Of a stretch of 64,000 bases of DNA, positions 1-12,536 are shown piece by piece. The notes beneath the pieces are model-generated. The model searched no databases. It was not told the DNA's origin and worked only from the letters and a program-made list of their open reading frames with translations. The number at the start of each line of letters is the position of its first letter. Position 1 is the first letter of the stretch. The translations under genes and the position numbers were made by a program. This stretch comes from Octopus vulgaris (taxonomy: Eukaryota): contig OX597821.1 of NCBI GenBank assembly GCA_951406725.2, forward strand, positions 96,224,001 to 96,288,000, read 5' to 3'.

Positions 1-769
1 TGAAGCAGATATATGGTACATGATATAACTATTTAACTGTTACTTGAAAGGATTTGAGTGAGGAAGGGCGCGGTGAATCATATAAGTAATGTAAGTGGTC
101 GAGCACTTGAAAATATTCTAAACACAGTATTGAACAAAATATTTAGTTGCAAATCTTTATTTCTTTTTATAATATAAAATAGCTTTCTTCTTATACCGAT
201 CGATTTGCTGTTCTCCGTACACATTACGTTATAGTTAATTCCAGATATATTCATCACTGCAAAGCAGGCGTATAGTGTCAATTGAGACCAGTATATATGT
301 TTACATTGCAATATGGTCCACATTTTTGACAATATTTTATTACTAAATTTGAAATGTGAAGTTTACAATCCTGTAGTGTACAGTAAGTTGTTAATACTTC
401 AGTCTACGTATTTATTCCTAAATAAAGGTAAATGTACTCTACTCAAAGCCTTTCAACGTGTCTGCTGGACTTCGATAGTGGTACACAGTGTCAACGTTCC
501 TTTTCTGGATTGACATGCGCAGTCGTCGTTGTGGAAGTAGTATTACAAACAGTTACTGTAAAGTCGGTCGGCTGATACTCGCTTGACTAATTAGAAAGCA
601 ATCACTATTTATAGTATTCACTGTATGAATTCGCTGCCGAGTGGTGCCAGCTTGGAATGAGAATTAGTGTTGCGAAGACTGAGACATTGACCGCTCAAAA
701 ATAGTGCTTCTCATGCATTCTGCATATTAGTGGAAGATGACTGAATAAGTAGAAAAGTTTAAGTAACTC

Positions 770-1575
770 AGGACCGTATTCACGAGTGAGGGAGAGTACG
801 AAGCTGTAGAGGATGCTAGAATGTTGGCGCTGGCACAGTATTGTACCAGTATTCAATCCTCAGAAGAGGTAAAACGCCAAACTTATTATCTTTACCTCGG
901 TTTTCGTGTTTATCCTCACCTATGGTCATAAATGTTGGATAATGACTGACAGAGTATGATTGCGAATACAAGAGGGCGAATGGGGCTTCTTCGAAAAGTC
1001 TCTGGAGTAACGTTATTCGATAGTATGTGTAACTTGGAAATCAGGGAATCTCTCCAGGCTGAGCTGCTTCTTCTTCATATTGAGAAGTCACGGCTCCACT
1101 ACTGCGGATGGATTCTTCAAGTCGAACCAATCGGCAGGAAACCGACGGGTAGGCTAAGAGCTAGAAAGTTGGATAATATTCATATAATCAGTCGGTCACG
1201 TTTGAGAATCCAGTCGGGAAGTGTAATGACGGTTATTTCTGTTACGACATTATGGAAACGGTACCAGAAAACGCTTAAAGCGGCGAGCTGGCAGAAACGT
1301 TAGCACGCCGGGCGAAATGCCTAGCAGTATTTCGTCTGCCGTTACGTTCTGAGTTCAAATTCCGCCGAGTCAACTTTGCCTTTCATCCTTTCGGGGTCGA
1401 TTAAATAAATACCAGTTACGCACTGGGATCGATATAATCGACTTAATCCGTTTGTCTGTCCTTGTTTGTTCTCTCTGTGTTTAGCCCCTCGTGGATAGTA
1501 AAGAAATAGGTACCAGAGGACGCTACCCCCACGACCATTCCAGGGATAGGAGACAGAGAAGCTGGATGGATGGAA
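770..1575 (+). pseudogene. RTE-clade LINE 3' fragment (RT C-terminal region), interrupted by a SINE
   Basis: Frameshifted translation ILTYGHKCWIMTDRV...MGLLRKVSGVTLFDSMCNLEIRESL...LLLHIEKSRL...KPTGRLRARKLDNI resembles the RTE C-terminus (LTYGxExW..EMxFLRR..GVTxxDR.RNxEIR..GRPRxRW); ends near a short (TGGA)n tail at about 1563-1573. Confidence 0.75.
1280..1508 (+). mobile_element. tRNA-derived SINE family A (Nin/Deu-like central domain)
   Basis: GGCGAGCTGGCAG A-box-like head, GAGTTCAAATTCC B-box, core CCTTTCATCCTTTCGGGGTCGAT..TACCAG, AAAGAAAT tail; more than 10 copies in the window. Confidence 0.9.
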
Positions 1576-2236
1576 ATGTTTTCAAGAAAGAAAAATGAAC
1601 AATAATGAAAATATTTCACAATAAATTTGGTATTTTAATACCCAATGTCTAATATGAACATAAACATACACACTCATATGTATTGTATATATTTGCTTAT
1701 TTCAGTCATCGAGGTAGCCTAAATTCGATCCTTTGATCGGATAGCATGTAAGTTTCTCTTAGATGATATCTTGGATGCATTGTTTTAAATAAAAAACGGG
1801 ATGGCCAATGACTGATATTTTGTTTTCTCAACCAATAGTTATTTCTAATTAGCCTTATTAATTAGTCCTACATTAAATATGTGAACACTAACTTAACTAT
1901 TCGTCATAGAAGAAGTCTCTACGTAATTTATACACTAAGCAAGGCTAACTGACATTATTTTATTATCGATTTCGTAATGTGGGAAGGTTGAATCCTGAGG
2001 TGAAGAGTAATTTTTTAGCATGGTGATTATTGAGCTAGACTCACTTCTGCTTGGTTGACTCTGTACACATCAAATGTGCTCAATATTCGTGTACACTGGC
2101 ATATACACATACACGCACTCACATGTACATATGTACGAGTGTGTGTGTGTGTGTGTGTGTGTCTGTGTGTCTGTGTGTGAGTGTGAGTGTGTGTGTGTGA
2201 GTGTGTGTGTGAGTGTGTGTGTGTGTGAGTGTGTGT

Positions 2237-2297
<61 letters not shown>

Positions 2298-3826
2298 CGG
2301 GCGCATGTATATGGGTATACTTAATGTGTCTGTATGCATGAACTAAAAATTGCAGACGAGATATGTTTAGATATAAATCACTAAAACTATAAACCTAAAG
2401 GGACATAATTATATACTGGAAGGCATCTTCTCTGACCTCAACAGCGATCCACCACTTCTTATATTTGTCTTTATTTATTAACGTTTTAATTGATATGGAA
2501 ACGTAGGCGCACAAAAGCAGAAAAGTATGAACAAAAAACGACTAGATCAACGCGAAGAGCTAATGAGGAAATATTTTAGCATTGCATTATAAGAATATTG
2601 CAATGTTAGATTATTAAAATCATTTGCAACCTTAACTTTTAATTATATATTCAAACGAAGCGTGAAACACTCGGAAGCATTTCATGCCCGGGCTTACATT
2701 GCACATCAGTGAGTTAAAATGGTTGAAGCGTTGCAGAAGCGGTAAGAGTATGTCACAAATTATCTTGCAGCAGTTATGTTATTTTACGATCTGTTTTCAA
2801 ATTACAGGAACAGAGTTTTTATCCCCTTTTTATTATTTGGGAAAAGAGGTGCAGGAATAATTTCCAATCAAGAACTGGTATAAAATCTAATTAATTATTC
2901 CAACGCATCGTTGTTCCGTACATGGGATGTAAAACGCACCATCTATTCATGTTAGAAAGGTATGTGACATTATATTGCACTAGTAACACAGCTAGACATT
3001 CTGAACTGAAATTATGATGGGGGCTAATTTTGTCGTTGTTGTACTTCCAGCCGTCGGAATATTAAACTAACATCAACTTAACTGTGTGGCCTCACTCTAA
3101 TACATTGATGGCAGATTCAGGTGTCATATAAAACTCCATGTCACATCACAAGCCAATGATATTATTAATTTCTTCTATTATTAAGTTATTCTAAATGGAC
3201 AAATATATTTGTGTGCACTAGTAGAAAACCTAGAAGTCATGATTTCAAATGATACCCAGTTATTATTTTTAATCAAAAAACAACAAACTATTTATAAATA
3301 TAAATATGGCGGATAGTTCAAATAATACTAACTCTATTGAATAACGCTAATTGCAAAAAGGGATTGGACATACGACAATGAGTACAAAGGCCAGGTATAT
3401 AACAAGACCCAATAATATACAGATCCCTTGAGTGTAGCACTCAAAAATTTAAAGAAGAAGAGTTTTTCAAAATGTAGGAAATTGGATCAATGCACTTCTC
3501 TTAGTAACGAAAATTAGAGCTGGAGACATAAAAACCCACCGAAGTAAAACAAAAATTCAAAATAATTTTGTGTAGGCCTCTACGTTCAAAATTGGCACCA
3601 GAATTAAGGAATACACAATTCATGAATAAGTGAAGAATGTAAATCCATCTGTTGGATGAGAAACCAATTCTTAACTTTCCACCAAATTTGCGAATATCTT
3701 TATCTGAATATTCGTGTGATTGGCTGGATTGCTGAGTGGGCGGGAATACTTAATGTATTTAGTCACACAAATCAAACTTCGCAAAATATGACAAACACAA
3801 ATTACATAGTGTATATGTGTATGTGT

Positions 3827-4094
3827 GGAGGCGCAATGACCCAGTGGTTAGGGCAGCGGACTCGCGGTCGTAGGATCGTGGTTTCGATTCCCAGACCGGG
3901 TGTTGTGTGTGCTTATTGAGCGAAAACACCTGAAAAGCTCCACGATGCTCCGGCAAGGGGTGGTGATCCCTGCTGTACTCTTTCACCACTCTTTCTCTCT
4001 TTCTTCTGTTGGCCTGCTCGCCTAGCCAGCGGGGTGGCATCATTCGAAGGCTAAAAAAAACAATGCGAACGCATTGTGACCAGCGATGTGTCGC
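3827..4094 (+). mobile_element. tRNA-derived SINE family B, tail type 1
   Basis: GGAGGCGCAATGACCCAGTGGTTAGG A-box and GGTTTCGATTCCC B-box; same tail recurs at 63815-64000 (-). Confidence 0.88.
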
Positions 4095-4699
4095 AACATC
4101 TGATGGTCTGGTCGAAGAAAAAAAAATATGTGTATGTATGTGTGTGTATGTGCGCGCGCGGATGCATGTGTACGCATGCGTGTGTATGAGGGTGGTTCTG
4201 GATGGATGTTTGTAAGCGAGTTTGAGTTATTATTTGTGTCTGTGCAAGGGCTAGAAGTTATAATGTAAATGCTAGTGCTTTTCACGTGACTATTGTTAAC
4301 TTGAATTAGAACATTTGCGACAGCCGCACTGGCAACATTTGTTACTGAAGTTACTAGACACATAAATACATACATACATACATACATACACACATAAATA
4401 CATACATACATACATACATACATACATACATACATACATACATACATACATACATACACACACATATTGATTAGTAACTTCAGAAAAGAGCTACACGAAC
4501 TGAGAAATAAAAGACTCTTGAGAAGGAAGATAAGGAAGCTGAAACACCCTTTTACTATATTGAGTGCTATTCTATATGACACAAATCACAAAAAGGAGAC
4601 AGACACCCATAACACCGAGGACAACTGGGGGTGGTGTTCTATGATGCCACCTGTTGCAAGCTAATGAGTATATTCTGTTGTTAGAACGAAATAACGTGA

Positions 4700-4952
4700 A
4701 TTCGTAAGGCAACGTGGTGGTAGTACAGTACTGTAGACAAAACTATAAAAGTTAAAAGAGAATTCTGGAAAGACTACAAGAAAGGAAGCACCAAAATACT
4801 GTATCATGTACCTCAGAGAAGCTAGGGGAGAAGTGCACACAGGTCAAGCAAAAAGAGGAATTAGGAATCTGAGAGGTCTAGGGATGTGAGATGCTTCGTC
4901 AAGCAAAAAGAGGAATTAGGAATCTGAGAGGTCTAGGGATGTGAGATGCTTC

Positions 4953-4995
<43 letters not shown>

Positions 4996-5186
4996 CATCT
5001 CACATCCCTAGACCTCTCAGATTCCTAATTCCTCTTTTTGCTTGACCTGTGTGCACTTCTCCCCTAGCTTCTCTGAGGTACATGATACAGTATTTTGGTG
5101 CTTCCTTTCTTGTAGTCTTTCCAGAATTCTCTCTTTAACTTTTATAGTTTTGTCTACAGTACTGTACTACCACCACGTTGCCTTAC

Positions 5187-5190
<4 letters not shown>
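4700..5190. repeat. About 197-bp inverted repeat around a (TA)n tract, with an internal 55-bp tandem duplication
   Basis: 4700-4896 is the near-perfect reverse complement of 4993-5190; 4843-4897 is duplicated at 4898-4952; (TA)n at 4954-4993 and after 5190. Confidence 0.92.
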
Positions 5191-5230
<40 letters not shown>

Positions 5231-5232
<2 letters not shown>

Positions 5233-5458
5233 CGGCGAGCTGGCAGAATTGTTAGCACGCCGGGCGAAATGCGTAGCCGTATTTCGTCTGCCGTTACGTT
5301 CTGAGTTCGAATTCCGCCGAGGTCGACTTTGCCTTTCATCCTTTCGCGGTCGATAAATAAAGTACAAGTTACGCACTGGGGACGATATAATCGACTTAAT
5401 CCCTTTGTCTGTCCTTGTTTGTCCACTCTATGTTTAGCTCCTTGTGGGCAATAAAGAA

Positions 5459-5460
<2 letters not shown>
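5231..5460 (+). mobile_element. SINE family A copy inserted in a (TA)n tract
   Basis: Full-length match to 1280-1508; TA repeats on both sides. Confidence 0.9.
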
Positions 5461-5491
<31 letters not shown>

Positions 5492-5730
5492 ACTCCCCTG
5501 TCGTTAGGCGACGTTCGATGGGTACAACAATTTCTTACGAACAACCACACAGATGGTTTGTTTATAGTGATCAAATGTTCGTGCAGACATACGCTCATTC
5601 TCTCCATCAGATCGACATTACTTGTAAAGATGCAACTGGGTGCTACATGTCAGATGTCGAAATGATCGCAGAGCAACGTGAAATGAAGTGCTTTGCTCAA
5701 GAACACAACGCAACGACCAATCTGACTGGG

Positions 5731-6603
5731 AAATAATTTGATGAAATTATATTTAACAATAAGAAAATTATAATATCACGACAAATTATTTCGTAACTTA
5801 GAGACATGTAAATAATTTATATTATTATACTTAATAATAAATTACTTATATGCCTGATTTAATGCAGAATTCAAAAAATCCCTCAAAATAACGCAGAATT
5901 TAAGCTACGTCCTCAGGCGAAAGAAAGTCTTTGTTAAATTGTAGATTCTCGATGTATCGTTCTTATAGGTACGCAAAGTCAACGTTTTAAAATATCGTGG
6001 AAGATAATAATAATGAAATTGATATAAATTAAAAAGATATAGCTTAAATTCTGCATTATTTTGAAGGAGTTTTTGCATTTTGCATTAATGCAGGCATGTA
6101 AGTAACGTACTTATTATTAGATATCTTTATATATAAAAGTCAAGTTGTGTGTCTGTCTCCTACGATTTAGATTCCTAACTACTCCCACATTTTGCGGTGC
6201 AGTTTAACCAAAACCGGGTATCTTATAGTCCTGATTCATATCGAGCCCTTCTGTGTATTAGCGCGCGTCTACGACGAGTCTACGATTAAAAAGAAAATTT
6301 ACCATCAATTTTTCTCATTTTTAATGCATTTTTGGCATATATAAGGGAAGTAACTCTCTAAAAATTTATTTATTAAATCTCAGAACGTAAAAAGCTACAG
6401 TAACACCCCCCTTTGTGGTTAGCCATATTGAGATGGCTATTATACTTTACATCTCTAAAAATGCTTATATAGTTATTTCCCTTACTAACCCGAGCAACGC
6501 CGGGCGATACTGCTAGTTAGATATAATAATATAAATTATTTACATGTTTCAAAATTACAGAACAATTTGTTGTGAAATTTAAATAAAATTTCATCAAACT
6601 ATT
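5731..6603. mobile_element. Old long-TIR MITE-like element with a Helitron inserted in its right arm
   Basis: 5731-5910 is a diverged reverse complement of 6038-6120 plus 6517-6603 (e.g. ACATGTAAATAATTTATATTATTATA / TATAATAATATAAATTATTTACATGT). Confidence 0.7.
6124..6516 (+). mobile_element. Non-autonomous Helitron, copy 1
   Basis: 5' TC, 3' CTAG, subterminal hairpin CCCGAGCAACGCCGGG, inserted between A and T with no TSD; three copies in the window. Confidence 0.85.
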
Positions 6604-6807
6604 TTTCTGTCATTTGTGACTTTATACACTCCTTACCGTGCTCCTTTATATCGTACTGTATATTGTATGTTTTGTAGAATGATACATGTATGTATGTATG
6701 TATGTATGTATGTATGTATGTATGTATGTATGTATGTATGTATGTATGTATGTATGTATGTATGCATGTATATATGTATATATGTATGTATGTACGCATA
6801 TATTCTT

Positions 6808-7225
6808 TTATTTCATTTGTTTTAGTAATTTGACTTCGGCCATGTTGGAGCACCGCCTTTAATCGAACAAATCGCAACCCAGAACTTATTCTTTGTAAGC
6901 CTAGTACTTATTCTATCGGTCTCTTTTGCCGAACCACTAATTTACGAGGATGTAAACACACTAAAATAGGTTGTCAAGTGATGATGAGGGAACAAACATA
7001 GATACACAAACAAACACACACACACACACACACACGTAGATACATACATACACACACACATATATACAACGGGCTTCTTTCAGTGTCCGTTTACCAAATC
7101 CACTGACAAAGGGTCGACTCGAGGCGAGGCTATAGTGGAAGACATTTGCCCAAGGTGCGCCGTAGTGGAACTGAATTCAGAGCCATGTGTATGGGCAGCA
7201 ATATTCATACTACACAGGCACGTCT
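6808..7225 (-). mobile_element. SINE family C (CORE-like, with an internal microsatellite spacer)
   Basis: Reverse complement of ...CACCTTGGGCAAATGTCTTCCACTATAGCC...GGATTTGGTAAACGG...GGTGCTCCAACATGGCCG; homologous to 52948-53590. Confidence 0.8.
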
Positions 7226-7331
7226 GCATATATATATATATATGCATATATATGTATATATATATATATATAATATACATATGTATATATATATAATATA
7301 CATACGTATATATATATATATGTTATATATG

Positions 7332-7374
<43 letters not shown>

Positions 7375-7424
7375 CACGCACTCACTCACACACTCTCACA
7401 CTCACACACACACTCTCTCACTCA

Positions 7425-7493
<69 letters not shown>

Positions 7494-9391
7494 ACACACA
7501 CACATTTTCCCCACTTCTGCCATGTATTCCGATCTTGCTTTACATCTCATGTACAGACGTCCATTGTGATTTCCACACTTTCATAATGAAGAAACTATTG
7601 CTTAATAAATTCATTTCCGGTTTTACATATCAAATTATTTTATTTTATTTGTTTTATTTTGTTTCGTCAGGAAATTTGCTTTCTTCATCAACCTTTTTCT
7701 TTCATTATTCTTTTTTTTTTTTTTGTGTCATTTTCTCCGCTTTCATGTTTACTGAGCCTCTTTTCACTCAATTATAATTATCCAGCTCATATTTCAAGCC
7801 CATCTGGCAATATCCCCTTCCACTGCAATATTTTCATTGGTTTAAATAAATGATCTTATAAGTCTATATTCATCTGCTGAACGGATAAATATACATTATG
7901 CATTTCATTGTCTTCCAGTATATTGTTATATTCTTGCAAAGATCACTAAATACGTGAGAAATAGTAGCTACATCTCAATGAAATGAAATCCTCGCCACGT
8001 CTTCTGCTATCACATAATCGTCCTTACTGCTGTTCATCATTTCGCAGTAGCATTGCAAAGGTCTCTTAACTTGTTATAAGCATCTATTATAACCCTTTTA
8101 AATCACAAACTAACTCATATTTCTATCACATAACCGTTCGCATGCATTAATATTTCACTGCACGCTTCACATATTTTGCCGTTTTCTACTTCGCCTCTCT
8201 TCAGCAATTTCCCTACAAATCATTCTCATCTGCTTCGCAATAATTGGTTTTACAATGGTTGTGCCAGATGCTAGAAGTACCAACTACAGTTGGTTATCTG
8301 ATTTCGTATTCTATAGCTTTCTATTGGTATGAGAATAGTTAGCAACATTGGTCAGAAAATTTCATAACTAACGTCTAACCCTTTCATTCTTTACATGTTA
8401 AACGGTTTGTTATTTTACCTCTATTCAATATTTTAGAATGCAACACTCAACTCCATTTTTCTTGCATTCCCTTCTCCGAGATTCTTCCCACTTTCAATTC
8501 ATTTCCATTGTTCAACCTTTTGCTCCTATATACTGTACTTGATCGTCACCTTAAGTCTTTCTTAACATCAATTGCCTGAAACAATTCACCTTCCTGAATT
8601 ACAATTTTTAGTTATTAGTAAAATACTTTTTTTTTTTTAGATTGTGGCTTTCTTTCTTATTTTTCTACTTCGCAGGATTTTGTGAACCCAATATTTTAAA
8701 CATGATTTATAGAAGACGTACAAAATGTTCCATGATAAAATCAGTAAACTAAATTACAAAATAAAATGGTTAAAAACATAACTGACGTCGAAATAATGGC
8801 TTTAAATTAAAAAAAAATACGATGTAGAATTGGATATCTGATCGGTTATACCATATTTCATCTTCCTACTGTCAAATATGGAGGTCTTTGCAATGAAGAT
8901 AAATGTACATTAGGGAAATATGCAAAATATATACGTCAATATACTCCAACAGGTCATGACCGAGTCATTGTCAATATCGCAAAACAACTTAATAAGCACA
9001 AATAAAGATAAAATCGGAAATTTTATTAATAGCCGCTACGAATCAGTATCAGATGATGCCTTCAAGATGTTTGTGCTTCAATTACGCGATTCATATCCTG
9101 CTCAACAACGCAGAGTCTTTTTACCAAAGCAAGAATACATTTGTTCGAACAATCATGATGAAATTCAACACATTATTCTCAGGAATGACAAGTCTACTCC
9201 AACTGAATGGATGCGAGTTAACCGGGAAACACCCGCTACCTCACTTGCACATACTATGCATTTCCCATAATACATACACATAAACAATGCGTATAATTTA
9301 TGTAAGTCTAACGATATACGCTCAAATCAATATCGATGCCAGATATGCAGCCTTCAAGATAGCGTGTTCATCATATTATCAATCTACCTAT

Positions 9392-9779
9392 CTATCTCAA
9401 GCATTTGTCTTATGAAGAAAGACTGAAGACGCTTGACCTTTATTCTCTCGAAGAACGACGACGCCGTGGTGATCTCATTCTCGCTCACAACATCATAAGC
9501 GGAAAGTGTAACCTCTCGAAAGAGCTGTTCTTCACTCCTGCTCCAGAGTGTCGGCTGCGGGGTCACTCCGAAAAGCTCTATCTACGACGATTTCATCTCA
9601 ATCGAAGGAGAGGGGCTTTCTCCGTCCGGGTTGCGGATCTGTGGAATAAGCTGCCGGACGAAATAGTGAAGATGCCGACGATCGCTCGGTTCAAAGTCTC
9701 TCTAGACCAGAAATGGCCTGAACTCTTTGTATGACCACCCTCCCTGTACATAACTCCCTGTCCCCCTACATGGCCTTGC
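9392..9779 (+). mobile_element. CR1-clade LINE 3' fragment (subfamily b)
   Basis: ORF SYEERLKTLDLYSLEERRRRGDLI...RGHSEKL...FSVRVADLWNKLP matches the C-terminus of the 12625-14001 ORF. Confidence 0.9.
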
Positions 9780-9877
9780 GCCTGGGAGGGTAACTTTCTA
9801 GGTGCAATCCCATGGTCAGCCACGACCGAAGGGGGTCTCAGCATATATACATATACATATATATATATATGTATATA

Positions 9878-10070
9878 TAAAAAATAAAGGTGAAAAAAAT
9901 TGGATATTAATTTAATAATAACATCAATTTAACACCAAGTGGTTTAGCGCATAAAAACCAGGGATACAGTAAAAATTAATACATAAATATAAGAGAGTGT
10001 CCACTATGTGGTTGACTCTTTTTAGCGCAAGAGTCGACCACTTAGTGGACACTCTCTTATATTTATGTAT
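9878..10070 (-). mobile_element. About 190-bp TA-flanked hairpin element
   Basis: 42-bp inverted repeat 9979-10020 / 10029-10070 (2 mismatches, 8-nt loop); same architecture as 46871-47066. Confidence 0.7.
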
Positions 10071-10097
10071 ATATGTATATATATGTATATATATATG

Positions 10098-10201
<104 letters not shown>

Positions 10202-10888
10202 TATATATGTGTGTATGTGTGTGTTTATCGACGGAAATGTATAGTTTATTACTGAAAAAAACATAACCATATGAAAATTGAAGCTGGAAAATTATATCCA
10301 AGATGTGAATTTTCTAAACAGAAATGATATTGATTTATAACATTAGCATAAGTCCATAAACAGATTTGAGTAGTGGGTGAGACAGAAGCGATGGTGATGT
10401 TAGTGGGGGGGGGGATATTACAGTTGATTCCCGATATTGACTGGTTGTTTTATTGATCCTGAAAGAATGAAAGGTAAGTAAGCGATAATATTGGCTTATG
10501 TGCAAGACACCTAATTAGATCTTGTTATTCTACTTTCGACCCGTGTCAAACTTAATCAAGCAGGCCTGTTATCAAAAATGTTCCAGTGGTAACTACTACT
10601 GTTTATATTTTAAACATTGTATCTAGTTCTCCATCATTCAGTGTCGCCTCTTTTCCAAAGATGGTACGAAGTGAATTGAAGATTTGAAGTAGCTATTTGT
10701 AGGTAATAATGCGTATGCGCACACATATACCTTATTTGACTATTTTAGTCACTGGACTGCGATCATGCTGCCATATTATTTTTAGTGTTGTTTCGCCAAC
10801 TAAGGACAACCCAATATTTATTAGTTATATTTGTGTTTCAGGACCTACTCAAATACATACATACATACATACATACATACATACACAC

Positions 10889-10986
<98 letters not shown>

Positions 10987-10995
10987 CATATATAT

Positions 10996-11387
10996 GTTAG
11001 TTAGTTAGTTAATTTGGCTCAAAAGCAAATAGCAAGGCCATGTAAGGGGACATGGAGTTAAGTACAGGGTGGTGTTCATGTAAAGAGTTCAGGCCACTTG
11101 AGGTCCAGGGACGCTTTGAACAAAGCGGTCGTCGGCATCTTCACCATCTCGTCTGGCAGCTTGTTCCACGGATCCGCAACCCGGACGGAGAAAGCTCCTC
11201 TCCTTCGATTGAGATGAAATCGTCGCAGGTAGAGCTTTTCGGAAAGTGTAACCTCTCGAAAGAGCTGTTCTTCACACTTGCTCCAGAGCGTCGGCTGTGG
11301 GGTCACTCCGAAAAGCTCTATCTACGACGATTTCATCTCAATTGAAGGAGAGGGGCTTTTCTCCGTCCGGGTTGCGGATCCGTGGAA
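10996..11387. mobile_element. Two CR1 3' fragments joined in opposite orientation inside a TA tract
   Basis: 10996-11243 (-) has the 3' UTR and (TAAC)n tail; about 11240-11387 (+) is an overlapping part of the RT C-terminus. Confidence 0.88.
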
Positions 11388-11407
11388 TATATATATATAT
11401 ATATATG

Positions 11408-11473
<66 letters not shown>

Positions 11474-11824
11474 AGCAAAACGCCCCCCGTGCAATGGACG
11501 GTGCTGAGGTGTCAAACATTTAAACCAAATTTCCTCAAAACAACTTGTCCGAGCGTCCCATAGGCCTCCCCTTTGAGAAACACTGATTTAACCTAAATTT
11601 GAGACGCCAGCAAAAGACGGATTTCGACTGATGTACTTGCGCGTACAAATGCACGTTCCCACGGCTTTATCGATCGCATTCTCATTGGAATCTATTTTTG
11701 TAATTTTTTTTCAAGACTTATACAAGCCCTGATACTGTCGGTATCTACATATTCAATTTGAGCGTAATCGGATGGAGGATGCCCGAATTCCTAGTAGATA
11801 CACACACACACACAGACAGAACGG

Positions 11825-11870
<46 letters not shown>

Positions 11871-12536
11871 AAGAAAAGAGAATATTGAATCATACACAAC
11901 GGGGTTCCAAAGTTTTTGTAGATACGAACGTGGCACTGGTAACTTGAGGTCACGCAATGGAGTAAAAGTTAAGAATACACAATCATGGCCCTGTTCGTAC
12001 TTACACGCGTACATACATGCATGCATACATACATACATACATACATACATACATGCATGCATGCATACATACATACATACATACATACATACATACATAC
12101 ATACATACATACATACATACATACATACATACACACATACGTACGTACAAAGACATGAATTTGTAAGTAAAACTTTGTAGTTATTTTTGCTAAAATCTTA
12201 TGATATCTATGATCTTTAAAGCACTGTTTAATTATAAGGTTTAGGAGACTTCTGGCAATATTAGAACTACCTGTAAAATATAATGTGTATCATCGCTTAT
12301 AATCTTTTTCTTCCTAGTTTTTGTATTTATGAATAGGTATGAATATTATTCTTTATGTACTATATACTAGAGTTAAATTCATTGTTCTTCTCTTAGATAT
12401 TGTAATAACGTGCTGCAGAGTTAAATGGCGTGTCCCCAAGGGGCAGAATAAGCTGGAGATGCACCTATCCTTATAACGTTAAGTAATTAAGTTCTATCAG
12501 GATTATTAGGTGACGGATGTAGATTTATATTAATAT

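Noticed and set aside
4655-4700. CUAAUGA..GAAA motif
   Set aside because: Core G5 is mutated and stems I and III do not pair.
8920-9270. 116-aa ORF
   Set aside because: No recognisable domain or splice context; length compatible with chance.
11164-11387. CR1 hairpin as another single-molecule fold-back
   Set aside because: The arms carry diagnostic bases of different subfamilies, so it is excluded from the fold-back set.
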